A DNA stretch of 64,000 nt from Schmidtea polychroa (taxonomy: Eukaryota), in NCBI GenBank assembly GCA_044892525.1, contig CM097885.1, positions 40,922,001 to 40,986,000 of the forward strand, read 5' to 3'. The notes below the pieces were generated by a model. It was not told where the DNA came from. It made no database searches and was given only the letters and a program-made list of their open reading frames with translations. Positions 51,329 through 64,000 of the stretch are shown here, piece by piece. Position 1 is the stretch's first letter. Every line of letters starts with the position of its first letter. Position numbers and translations under genes: made by a program.

Positions 51329-52138
51329 TCCTAAATATGTTAAGAAATTGACCTAACCTATTCTTAAAATTCTTCAAAGTCGTATTTCAAAAACGTTAAA
51401 TCTAAAGGCTTCTTATAAAAATAATATTTAAGCTAAGTATCAAAATAAAATACGATCAGTTTTTACTTTCTACTTCTCTTGTGAATTCTGAATCACAACT
51501 TAAGTGAAAGAATTTCTATCTCGAATTCCCTTATCTTCGGTTTTTCCTTTTCTCATCGGGAACAGTCTATTAATTTCTTCTGAAATTCTAGGAGTTAATC
51601 CTCTTAAAATGAGTTGTTTCTCCTTCTGATATACTATGGGTTCGTTCAGGTATAGTTAATTTTTCTTGTATTTTTAGTGGTTTCTGTCCGAAAATATTTT
51701 GTTGATTCTGTAGTTGATTACTTTTCTAATCTTCTCCGAAATATTGTTAAATGGGTTCAGTAGTTATTATTTCTGCATACTTAGTTATTTTCCTTTAAAA
51801 ATGTTTTACTTCAGTTGACTTTTTATGGGTTTCTTGAGCATAATTTTAATTTTAAACTTATTTTAATTTCAATATTATTCTCACCTAATTTTAATTTAAT
51901 TTAATTTAATTTAATTGTTTTTAATATTTTAATATTTAATTTTAATTTAATATAACTTAAATTTATTTTAATATTATCAAAATATTATGAAAATATTTTT
52001 ATTTATCCAATATTAATTGAATAAATACAATATTAATATTTTTCTATATTTATTTCCTTAAAATGTATATAAGGAATAAAATAAAAAAAATAATAATATT
52101 TTGTTTAAATATCTAACTTATTCTTATTATTATTAATC

Positions 52139-53191
52139 ATGACTAAATTTACAATTGAAAGAAAAAAACTCGTTGTTGTTTTAATCGGATTGCCAGCAAG
52201 AGGTAAATCATACGTTTCGAAAAAACTTTGTAAATATTTCAACTGGTTGAATATTTCTGCACAAATCTTCAATGTTGGTAACTACAGACGAGAACTTGAA
52301 GGAGAGTACACGGGAAATAATTTTTTCGATGGAAACAATGGCGATGCTCAAAAGATTCGTAAATTGTCTGCCGACTCAGCAATGAATGACATGATTGATT
52401 GGTTAGAAAACCATGACGGAAATATCGCGTTTTACGACGCAACTAACACGACCCGTGAAAGACGTCATTGGATTGAAATGTCCGTCAGTCAACATCAAAT
52501 CGACATTTTGTATCTAGAAATTATATGTGATGATCAAGATACGATCAATGAAAATATTGAAAAAGTCAAATTATTCACAAGAGATTATTTACATTGTTCA
52601 AAAGATGAAGCCATTCAAGATTTCAAGTCAAGAATTGAACATTATGCAACAGTTTATGAACCCGTCGATGGAGAATTCGATAAAAGCACCTCATTTATTC
52701 GAATTTTCAACAAAGGATCACGATTTGAAATCAATAAAATCGATTCCATTTTGAAACAAGAGATTTTCAATTTCATAAAATCGATTCGGTTGACAAATCG
52801 GTCAATATATTTGTTTACTGACATTTCCAATGAACTCCAGGACGTTTTGACTACACCGAGGGCCAACCATGTCAAATTGGATCTCAATGATGCTAATGAG
52901 CTATCAATGTCTGGAACGATAGCGATTGAGAAAAATGAAGAACAAATAAAGGATTTCAAACGTTTGCAGATGAATGAGAGCTCGGATGAAATGTTGATCC
53001 AGTTGATCCCGATTATATTAGAATCTGAAAAGCACGAATATATGTCAATATTTACTTCGGAAAGAATTTCTAAGGATTTATTAAAATATTTTCATAATGA
53101 AATCATTCATGAAGAAACTTTGAGTCGGTCGACTATCCTGATCAACTGCTGCAGCAACAAGCCAACATATAATATTCATATAGTCCGCTAA
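52139..53191 (+). CDS. 6-phosphofructo-2-kinase, copy 5
   Basis: Same protein, L233. Confidence 0.93.
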   Translation: MTKFTIERKKLVVVLIGLPARGKSYVSKKLCKYFNWLNISAQIFNVGNYRRELEGEYTGNNFFDGNNGDAQKIRKLSADSAMNDMIDWLENHDGNIAFYDATNTTRERRHWIEMSVSQHQIDILYLEIICDDQDTINENIEKVKLFTRDYLHCSKDEAIQDFKSRIEHYATVYEPVDGEFDKSTSFIRIFNKGSRFEINKIDSILKQEIFNFIKSIRLTNRSIYLFTDISNELQDVLTTPRANHVKLDLNDANELSMSGTIAIEKNEEQIKDFKRLQMNESSDEMLIQLIPIILESEKHEYMSIFTSERISKDLLKYFHNEIIHEETLSRSTILINCCSNKPTYNIHIVR

Positions 53192-56100
53192 TTACTTTCA
53201 TTAGAAAATAGTTTTATTTTATTTATTTTTTGACTGAATAAATTTATCTATTTAAATTATTCTCTTTATTTTACTTTATATTTTATTTTAAATAAGTTCA
53301 ATTAGGTATATTATTAGGTATTTTTTTATTTTATGTATTTTATATGCAGTGTCATGAAATGAAGCGGACGATCAACATTTTTATGAAAGATTTCTGTGTT
53401 CGAAAAACAATCAAATGTTTTAAAAACGAACTTAAACGAACAGTTTTTCACGGTTTTTAATATATAGAAAAACTAAACAAACATACATTTCATATTTTTT
53501 GGTAATATTTTAATTAATTTATGAAAATTATTAATTATCTAAACATTCAATTGTATATGTTTATAATATAATAATAAAGTTAATTTGATAATAATGGAGA
53601 CTTACAATCACTACAGGCATAACCATCAAAATTACGTATTTTGATAACACTAAACACCTTTAAAATAAATAAAACTATATACTCAAAAACTATATAAAAT
53701 TATAGCAAATTAATAAATGAATTGCAAAAAAATTTCAACTATTATTTAATCAAATAGCACAAAAATTAATAAATAATGACACAGAATTGCAATAAAAAGA
53801 AATTAAATATTTTTAAAATTTTTATTGTTTTAGTTGATGATAACATAAAAGTCTTAGTTTTGTTTTAGTAAAATATTATGTCATTTTTAAGATGTTGTTC
53901 TAATCGATGATTACGTCATTAATTTTAAAATTTCATTTTTAGTACACCTTTTTGAATTTACTCATCATTTTAAATAACTTGAAATATTTGAAATATTTTT
54001 ATCCAAACAACACATGCTAATAAATTTAAAAAAATTTTGTCTTTAAAAATATTTAACCAATTACGCAATAGTATATATTCTTTATATTATCTTTGAAACA
54101 ACTATGTTTAACCTATTATATAAGAAGTTAGGTATAGTTGCATCATTTGCATTTTTATGTTAATAATATTATTTTAGAAATAATAATAATATCTTAAAAT
54201 ATTTTTATTAAAGTGATAATTTTTATGAAATAATTTTAAATAAATTCAATTAATATATCTCCATCTTTTATATGCCACTTCACAGTATTTAACTCCCATA
54301 ATCCATTAATGAATAATTTTACCATTTATTTGCACCCATTTGAATTATTAATTTATCATCTAGTAATGAATAATATCCTCACTTTAATGAAGATTCTTAC
54401 CACCTGAGAATAATATTGTTAATTTTATCAAAGTTTAAAGAATAAGAATTTTTATCAAAATTTGTGATAATTTGACTGATTCAAAGATAAATTTGATGGA
54501 GTTAATTGGTTTTATTATATATACCCTTAGTTTATCCAACAAGATGTTACTGGGCACTGTTCATAAGGGTACTGGTCGTAAAGGTACTGGTGTGTTTTAA
54601 TGATTTTATTTAATCAAATTTTGGTGTTTAAGGCATTCATTGCTAATTTTTTAGAGTTATTGTTAGTTGGATTTAGTAAATATTCAAGTGAATTTCTATC
54701 ATTTTGGTGAATTTTTATCATTTTTCTGAATTTCATGTTGATTGAATGAATATTTAATAATTTAATGTTTTAATGGTGATTCTAATAAATTTAATTGATA
54801 AATTTAATTAATTTCTTTATAATTAGCGGAATTTTATTGACTTGTTTTTAAATAAAAGTTAGTTTTAATGACAGTTAGCTTAATAATCAAGTGAAAGGAT
54901 TAATTTAAAATTAATTGGTGAGAGATTGGTTAATGTGGGAATCTTTTGATTATTTAAATGGATGATGTTGGTAAGTGAAATTGCAATACATTAGTCAGTT
55001 ATGAATCAATAATAATCAGAAATTATATCGTTTTATTAGGTTGTGATGGATGCGCTAAATTAATTTTGATTTATGGTTTAGAACAAATGTTTTATTAATT
55101 TTCTATTAATTATCCAGAGTGTAATTAAGGTAATTGACCAATTTATTTGGTTTTCACAATGAAATATTTGAAATCTTTAGAGATAAGTGGGATTGACATC
55201 AACTTTAAATTATTTTTATCTTTTTCGGGTGATTTTAATTAGAAATTATATCGGTTGAATATCGGTAAAATATGAACATTTGAAGAAATATATTTTATTG
55301 GATGGATAAGTTGAATTTTTCAATGCAACTACTCAGTTATATTGTACAGTAATATTTATTTTAAATTTCGAGTAGAACAAAAATTTAATTATAACTGATT
55401 TTATCAATTGTTCAGAGTTAATGATTTTAGAAGATTTTAGTGAAATATGTGTGATTATAGGAATTATAGATATAGTTATAGTCATTTAAAGCGGTTTTAA
55501 GGAATCTTATTAGTCTGAGGGAATATCAATAAAATATTTATCGATAAAATACTAATCTTTAAAGACAGAGATATTTCAGGGAAATTTGATTCTTTTTAGA
55601 TGATTTTATTTGAGAATTCGCTTGGATATAACAAATGATAGAATATTGTCATTTAAATGAATTTACTGGTTTATTAGATGTTATCATTAGTGGGCTTATA
55701 TCAGTGTCTTTTGGAATTTAATGATAATTATTTTAGTGCAGATTGCCTACTTTGATAATTGTAATGAATTTATTCTGATTATTTTGAATATATTGAGCAA
55801 CCAGTCAATCAATTCGAGTACATATATTACTTTTACAAAAATAATTAAAATTAATTTATTTCAATTAATTTATTCAATCTAAATAAATTATCTACTAAAT
55901 CTTATTTCAAAGTTCTTAGAAAATTATTATCTTAGTTGATTTATATTAACTTGAATGATCAGTATTTTTTTATTTACTGGATGATTAATGACTAGAATTT
56001 AAAGTTCTTTCTTATCCATTGATTAAATTTTGATATTTATTTATTATGTTTTGAATAATTTAAATTTTTACAATAATTTATTCAATTTTTACCAAGGTAT

Positions 56101-59066
56101 TGATGCGTTGAGTTCAAATTATTTTTCATCCAATTTTTCAAGTGAAGAGAATTTTCTTTTAAAGATCTATTTGTTAGTACATAGTGGTTGATATTTGTTA
56201 GAGTTTAATTGTAGATGATGCTAAGAAGATAGTGTATGTGATGAAGAATATTTTGTATTTAATTACTATTATTTTTATGTGTTGCTAGTGGGTTGTCGGT
56301 ACTTGGTATCTAGTTGATAGCATTTTGTTGATAGTGCTTAGTGCTTGGTATCTGGTTGGTTCCTTGTTGTTGTTGGCTAGTGAGGATGCATTGTTGGTAC
56401 GAATCAACAATAACTATTTATTGAATATAAGTTTTACTTTGCAATAATAAGTCAGTAGTAATCAATTAAAAGAAGAATGTTTTGTGAATTAGAAATAAAA
56501 TTATATGGACCTTTTTGTAATTTAAATTATTTTCAATTCCATCTGATGTTTTAAAGTGGTTGATAATTATTTATTCTTTGATGAAAATCATCATTTTTGT
56601 TAAATTTAGACACTTAGAAAATGTTTTCTACTGATTGTAGTTAAAGATATTTTAAAAAAGCATTTGTTAAAATACGATGAAGAATATTTAGTTGATTGTT
56701 AGTAAATGGTACCTAGTTGTAAGTATTTGGTACTTATTAGTATCTAGTTAAAAATATTTAGTAATTTGTAGTTAGTATCAGATTGTAAATAGTACCAAAA
56801 TAGTATCTAGTTGTTAGGTACCTAGTGGTTAACTGTTTGTTTGAAGTACATAGTTGTAAGTATCGAGTTGACATTTTATATTTTGACAAGCATATAAGAA
56901 ATATTTTACTTGCTGGATTAAGAAGAGCTTATTACAAGCAAATACTTGATGAATAAATTTTATCTGTATGTATGTGTTGTTAATACATAGTACTTGGTAG
57001 CTGGTTGTAGATAGCTGGTAATTTTTGGTATGTAATTGTTGGATTATTATTAATATAACTATTATTATTATTATTATCATTATTATTATTATTTTTATTA
57101 TTATCATTGAAATTTGCATTTAAATTTATTTTTAAAAATTATTCCATTAAAATTTGCATTAAAAAATTTCATTTCTCAAAGAAAGTTGGTGGTTATTCAA
57201 TCTTTTGATAATAAATTTAAAAATCTTACTTTAATTTACTTATTACATTACTTTAATTTAATAATTTAAAAATTATAACTTTACTTATTTACCTTTAATT
57301 TAAAAATTTGAACCTTAATTTACTTTAATCTAACTTTTTATTTACTAATTTTTCCTTAATATAACTGCCTACTTATTATCATTGAAAATCCATCTAAATT
57401 ATCTTTAAAAATTAACTTAAAAAATTATTACATTAAAATTTTACTTTAAATTTGTCTTTGAAAATTTTCATTTAAAATTATCATTGAAAATTAATTAATT
57501 AAAATTCCCATTAAAAATTACATTTCTCAAAATAGTTGGTGGTTATTCAATATTTTTTGCTAATAAATTTAAAAATTATTACTTTAATTTACTTATTTAA
57601 AAATTAATTACTTTACTTTTTTAACTTTATTTTAATTTTCAGACCATTGCTTACTTAATAAAATATTTGGGCCTTAATTTACTTTAATTTAACCTTTGTT
57701 TACCAAATATTACTGTAATTTACTTATTTATCCTTAATTTACCTATTTATTCTTGTATTACTTAATTTAACATTTTACAACATAATTTACTTAACAACCG
57801 AATATAACCATTATTTACATATTCAACCAATAATTTCATGTAGTGAATGATTAATTGACAAAGATTTGCATCTAAAATTGACACTGAAAATTATATCATA
57901 AATATTTTCATTTAAATTTGACTTAAAAAATTTTTCCATTTGAATTTTCATTAAAAAATTTCATTTACCAAAAGTTTGTGGTTATTCAACGTTTTTGTTA
58001 ATAAATTTAAAAATCTTACTTTAATTTACTTATTACATTAATTTACTTTTATTTTTAAATTTTTATTTTAATTTACTTAATGTAAAAATATTACTTTAAC
58101 TTTAAAATTTTAGATTACTTAATTAAAAGATTTTAACCTTTATTTACTTTATTACCTTAATTTACCTATTTATTCTTGTATTACATAATTTATCATTTCA
58201 CACCATAACTTGCTTAACAACCAAATATAACCCTTATTTACATATTTAATCAATAATTTCATGTGGTTATTGATTAATTCACAAAGATTTGCATCAAAAA
58301 TTAACATTGAAAAATATCTTAAAAAATTATTTCATAAAAATTTCCATTAAAAAATGTCATTTCTCAAAGAAAGTTAGTGGTTATTCAATCGTTTGATAAT
58401 TAATTTAAAAATTCTTACTTTAATTTAATTATTTAACTATAATTTAAAATCTTAGACCATTGATTATTTAATTTAAAAATTTGAACCTTAATTTATTTAT
58501 TTGAACCCTTTGATTACTTTAATTTACAAATTTAGACCTTAATTTAATTTTATTTTAAATTTGAGTCCATATTTTACTACAATTCAATTTTTAGGCCCAT
58601 AATTTACTTAAATTTAATTATATGACACCTTTGATTAATTTAAAAATTTAAAAATTCAAAAATTTCGCCCATAATTTACTTAATTTAACCCCTATTTTAC
58701 TTTAATTTAAAATTTTAGAACATATTTTACCTATTTACCATGCTTTTATTTGAAGACTCAAATTTTGTATTGAAAATCCCAGGACCATCGATAACCCCTT
58801 ACTATAGTCAGAGAAATCCTGACTTTTTTTCTATAGGCCCCTTTATCTCTATTGAAAATAATATGAGTGTTCCATTGCCGCAATGGCCTTTTTTCTATAG
58901 GCACCTTTAATTTTATTGAAAAAAATATGAGTGACTTCCTGCAACAATTGCGTGATCAAAAAATTAAAAGAAAACGAGTTGCCGCTAATTTTTTCCAGTG
59001 GAGGGGAGGGGAGGAGGGTCACTGCGGCAGGGACTACTAACTACGTACTTAAGTCATACATATTCA

Positions 59067-59171
<105 letters not shown>

Positions 59172-59836
59172 CAAATAACCATTTCTCATGAAGTATTCCA
59201 TAATCAATATGGTTGTTCACTATAACCTGAAATCTATATAATATTTAAATAAAAACAATGTCATAATAAAATTTAATGTTCCATCCTTAAATTTTGAAAA
59301 CAGTATGAATTCCCGATATTTTAATAAGTGAATTAAATAATGTAAATTTGGTGAATGGTTCAATATAAATTGAATTTTGTTTGAAAGTAGAATTTGAGAA
59401 GATGACAAATTTCATTCATTCCTTATTTCATATTCTGTTAGACCCATCAATGATACCTTTTTAAAAGAAGGTATTACTTTATTAAACGAAAAATAATTTT
59501 AATTAATAAATAATGGAGTCTTTGGATTATAAATAAAATTGAATATATAATTTTTATTATAACGAAATATTGGTAAATAAGTAGATTGACTTGTCATGTT
59601 TTTATTGCGACACCCCAGTCTTTATTAATTAAAACTTGCACAGTTTGTAATGAAAATATCGATGATAAATGATTTTTCTATAGCATTAATTACTATTTTG
59701 AAAGATGATGATGTTATTAATAGTAATAACTGTAATCATAGAAATAGACCGTGTCATTATAATACTTCCGACTTAAAATATAATAGTTGTAATGATAAGC
59801 ATAATAATGAAATTACCTCAATGATAAAAATAGTGA

Positions 59837-59867
<31 letters not shown>

Positions 59868-60677
59868 TCCTAAATATGTTAAGAAATTGACCTAACCTAT
59901 TCTTAAAATTCTTCAAAGTCGTATTTCAAAAACGTTAAATCTAAAGGCTTCTTATAAAAATAATATTTAAGCTAAGTATCAAAATAAAATACGATCAGTT
60001 TTTACTTTCTACTTCTCTTGTGAATTCTGAATCACAACTTAAGTGAAAGAATTTCTATCTCGAATTCCCTTATCTTCGGTTTTTCCTTTTCTCATCGGGA
60101 ACAGTCTATTAATTTCTTCTGAAATTCTAGGAGTTAATCCTCTTAAAATGAGTTGTTTCTCCTTCTGATATACTATGGGTTCGTTCAGGTATAGTTAATT
60201 TTTCTTGTATTTTTAGTGGTTTCTGTCCGAAAATATTTTGTTGATTCTGTAGTTGATTACTTTTCTAATCTTCTCCGAAATATTGTTAAATGGGTTCAGT
60301 AGTTATTATTTCTGCATACTTAGTTATTTTCCTTTAAAAATGTTTTACTTCAGTTGACTTTTTATGGGTTTCTTGAGCATAATTTTAATTTTAAACTTAT
60401 TTTAATTTCAATATTATTCTCACCTAATTTTAATTTAATTTAATTTAATTTAATTGTTTTTAATATTTTAATATTTAATTTTAATTTAATATAACTTAAA
60501 TTTATTTTAATATTATCAAAATATTATGAAAATATTTTTATTTATCCAATATTAATTGAATAAATACAATATTAATATTTTTCTATATTTATTTCCTTAA
60601 AATGTATATAAGGAATAAAATAAAAAAAATAATAATATTTTGTTTAAATATCTAACTTATTCTTATTATTATTAATC

Positions 60678-61730
60678 ATGACTAAATTTACAATTGAAAG
60701 AAAAAAACTCGTTGTTGTTTTAATCGGATTGCCAGCAAGAGGTAAATCATACGTTTCGAAAAAACTTTGTAAATATTTCAACTGGTTGAATATTTCTGCA
60801 CAAATCTTCAATGTTGGTAACTACAGACGAGAACTTGAAGGAGAGTACACGGGAAATAATTTTTTCGATGGAAACAATGGCGATGCTCAAAAGATTCGTA
60901 AATTGTCTGCCGACTCAGCAATGAATGACATGATTGATTGGTTAGAAAACCATGACGGAAATATCGCGTTTTACGACGCAACTAACACGACCCGTGAAAG
61001 ACGTCATTGGATTGAAATGTCCGTCAGTCAACATCAAATCGACATTTTGTATCTAGAAATTATATGTGATGATCAAGATACGATCAATGAAAATATTGAA
61101 AAAGTCAAATTATTCACAAGAGATTATTTACATTGTTCAAAAGATGAAGCCATTCAAGATTTCAAGTCAAGAATTGAACATTATGCAACAGTTTATGAAC
61201 CCGTCGATGGAGAATTCGATAAAAGCACCTCATTTATTCGAATTTTCAACAAAGGATCACGATTTGAAATCAATAAAATCGATTCCATTTTGAAACAAGA
61301 GATTTTCAATTTCATAAAATCGATTCGGTTGACAAATCGGTCAATATATTTGTTTACTGACATTTCCAATGAACTCCAGGACGTTTTGACTACACCGAGG
61401 GCCAACCATGTCAAATTGGATCTCAATGATGCTAATGAGCTATCAATGTCTGGAACGATAGCGATTGAGAAAAATGAAGAACAAATAAAGGATTTCAAAC
61501 GTTTGCAGATGAATGAGAGCTCGGATGAAATGTTGATCCAGTTGATCCCGATTATATTAGAATCTGAAAAGCACGAATATATGTCAATATTTACTTCGGA
61601 AAGAATTTCTAAGGATTTATTAAAATATTTTCATAATGAAATCATTCATGAAGAAACTTTGAGTCGGTCGACTATCCTGATCAACTGCTGCAGCAACAAG
61701 CCAACATATAATATTCATATAGTCCGCTAA
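60678..61730 (+). CDS. 6-phosphofructo-2-kinase, copy 6
   Basis: Same protein, L233. Confidence 0.93.
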   Translation: MTKFTIERKKLVVVLIGLPARGKSYVSKKLCKYFNWLNISAQIFNVGNYRRELEGEYTGNNFFDGNNGDAQKIRKLSADSAMNDMIDWLENHDGNIAFYDATNTTRERRHWIEMSVSQHQIDILYLEIICDDQDTINENIEKVKLFTRDYLHCSKDEAIQDFKSRIEHYATVYEPVDGEFDKSTSFIRIFNKGSRFEINKIDSILKQEIFNFIKSIRLTNRSIYLFTDISNELQDVLTTPRANHVKLDLNDANELSMSGTIAIEKNEEQIKDFKRLQMNESSDEMLIQLIPIILESEKHEYMSIFTSERISKDLLKYFHNEIIHEETLSRSTILINCCSNKPTYNIHIVR

Positions 61731-64000
61731 TTACTTTCATTAGAAAATAGTTTTATTTTATTTATTTTTTGACTGAATAAATTTATCTATTTAAATTATT
61801 CTCTTTATTTTACTTTATATTTTATTTTAAATAAGTTCAATTAGGTATATTATTAGGTATTTTTTTATTTTATGTATTTTATATGCAGTGTCATGAAATG
61901 AAGCGGACGATCAACATTTTTATGAAAGATTTCTGTGTTCGAAAAACAATCAAATGTTTTAAAAACGAACTTAAACGAACAGTTTTTCACGGTTTTTAAT
62001 ATATAGAAAAACTAAACAAACATACATTTCATATTTTTTGGTAATATTTTAATTAATTTATGAAAATTATTAATTATCTAAACATTCAATTGTATATGTT
62101 TATAATATAATAATAAAGTTAATTTGATAATAATGGAGACTTACAATCACTACAGGCATAACCATCAAAATTACGTATTTTGATAACACTAAACACCTTT
62201 AAAATAAATAAAACTATATACTCAAAAACTATATAAAATTATAGCAAATTAATAAATGAATTGCAAAAAAATTTCAACTATTATTTAATCAAATAGCACA
62301 AAAATTAATAAATAATGACACAGAATTGCAATAAAAAGAAATTAAATATTTTTAAAATTTTTATTGTTTTAGTTGATGATAACATAAAAGTCTTAGTTTT
62401 GTTTTAGTAAAATATTATGTCATTTTTAAGATGTTGTTCTAATCGATGATTACGTCATTAATTTTAAAATTTCATTTTTAGTACACCTTTTTGAATTTAC
62501 TCATCATTTTAAATAACTTGAAATATTTGAAATATTTTTATCCAAACAACACATGCTAATAAATTTAAAAAAATTTTGTCTTTAAAAATATTTAACCAAT
62601 TACGCAATAGTATATATTCTTTATATTATCTTTGAAACAACTATGTTTAACCTATTATATAAGAAGTTAGGTATAGTTGCATCATTTGCATTTTTATGTT
62701 AATAATATTATTTTAGAAATAATAATAATATCTTAAAATATTTTTATTAAAGTGATAATTTTTATGAAATAATTTTAAATAAATTCAATTAATATATCTC
62801 CATCTTTTATATGCCACTTCACAGTATTTAGCTCCCATAATCCATTAATGAATAATTTTACCATTTATTTGCACCCATTTGAATTATTAATTTATCATCT
62901 AGTAATGAATAATATCCTCACTTTAATGAAGATTCTTACCACCTGAGAATAATATTGTTAATTTTATCAAAGTTTAAAGAATAAGAATTTTTATCAAAAT
63001 TTGTGATAATTTGACTGATTCAAAGATAAATTTGATGGAGTTAATTGGTTTTATTATATATACCCTTAGTTTATCCAACAAGATGTTACTGGGCACTGTT
63101 CATAAGGGTACTGGTCGTAAAGGTACTGGTGTGTTTTAATGATTTTATTTAATCAAATTTTGGTGTTTAAGGCATTCATTGCTTATTTTTTAGAGTTATT
63201 GTTAGTTGGATTTAGTAAATATTCAAGTGAATTTCTATCATTTTGGTGAATTTTTATCATTTTTCTGAATTTCATGTTGATTGAATGAATATTTAATAAT
63301 TTAATGTTTTAATGGTGATTCTAATAAATTTAATTGATAAATTTAATTAATTTCTTTATAATTAGCGGAATTTTATTGACTTGTTTTTAAATAAAAGTTA
63401 GTTTTAATGACAGTTAGCTTAATAATCAAGTGAAAGGATTAATTTAAAATTAATTGGTGAGAGATTGGTTAATGTGGGAATCTTTTGATTATTTAAATGG
63501 ATGATGTTGGTAAGTGAAATTGCAATACATTAGTCAGTTATGAATCAATAATAATCAGAAATTATATCGTTTTATTAGGTTGTGATGGATGCGCTAAATT
63601 AATTTTGATTTATGGTTTAGAACAAATGTTTTATTAATTTTCTATTAATTATCCAGAGTGTAATTAAGGTAATTGACCAATTTATTTGGTTTTCACAATG
63701 AAATATTTGAAATCTTTAGAGATAAGTGGGATTGACATCAACTTTAAATTATTTTTATCTTTTTCGGGTGATTTTAATTAGAAATTATATCGGTTGAATA
63801 TCGGTAAAATATGAACATTTGAAGAAATATATTTTATTGGATGGATAAGTTGAATTTTTCAATGCAACTACTCAGTTATATTGTACAGTAATATTTATTT
63901 TAAATTTCGAGTAGAACAAAAATTTAATTATAACTGATTTTATCAATTGTTCAGAGTTAATGATTTTAGAAGATTTTAGTGAAATATGTGTGATTATAGG

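Overview
This is very AT-rich eukaryotic genomic DNA. Most of the window is a head-to-tail array of about 8.5-kb near-identical units (five complete, one partial). Each unit carries an intronless 350-aa 6-phosphofructo-2-kinase gene with no bisphosphatase RHG motif and a variable (AAT)n tract. Each unit also appears to carry the decayed arm of an older Maverick/Polinton. Unit 1 has a 559-bp hAT-type MITE. Unit 4 is interrupted by a 14,870-bp Maverick/Polinton (adintovirus-like) element at 31167-46036, with AGTAGT termini, about 1.5-kb TIRs and a 6-bp TTTTAG target-site duplication. The element keeps a virion cassette (adenain-like protease, major and minor capsid, pVI-like and pX-like proteins), a DDE integrase with a chromodomain, a packaging ATPase with one nonsense codon and a truncated TBP-like gene. 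No protein-primed polymerase B could be recognised. Its left arm instead holds decayed spliced gene remnants, a repeated ~100-nt foldable motif, a GC-rich structured-RNA candidate, and a diverged homolog of the host sequence it inserted into. Several element genes contain 33-42-nt GT-AG introns. All calls are by eye; no database searches or folding programs were run.
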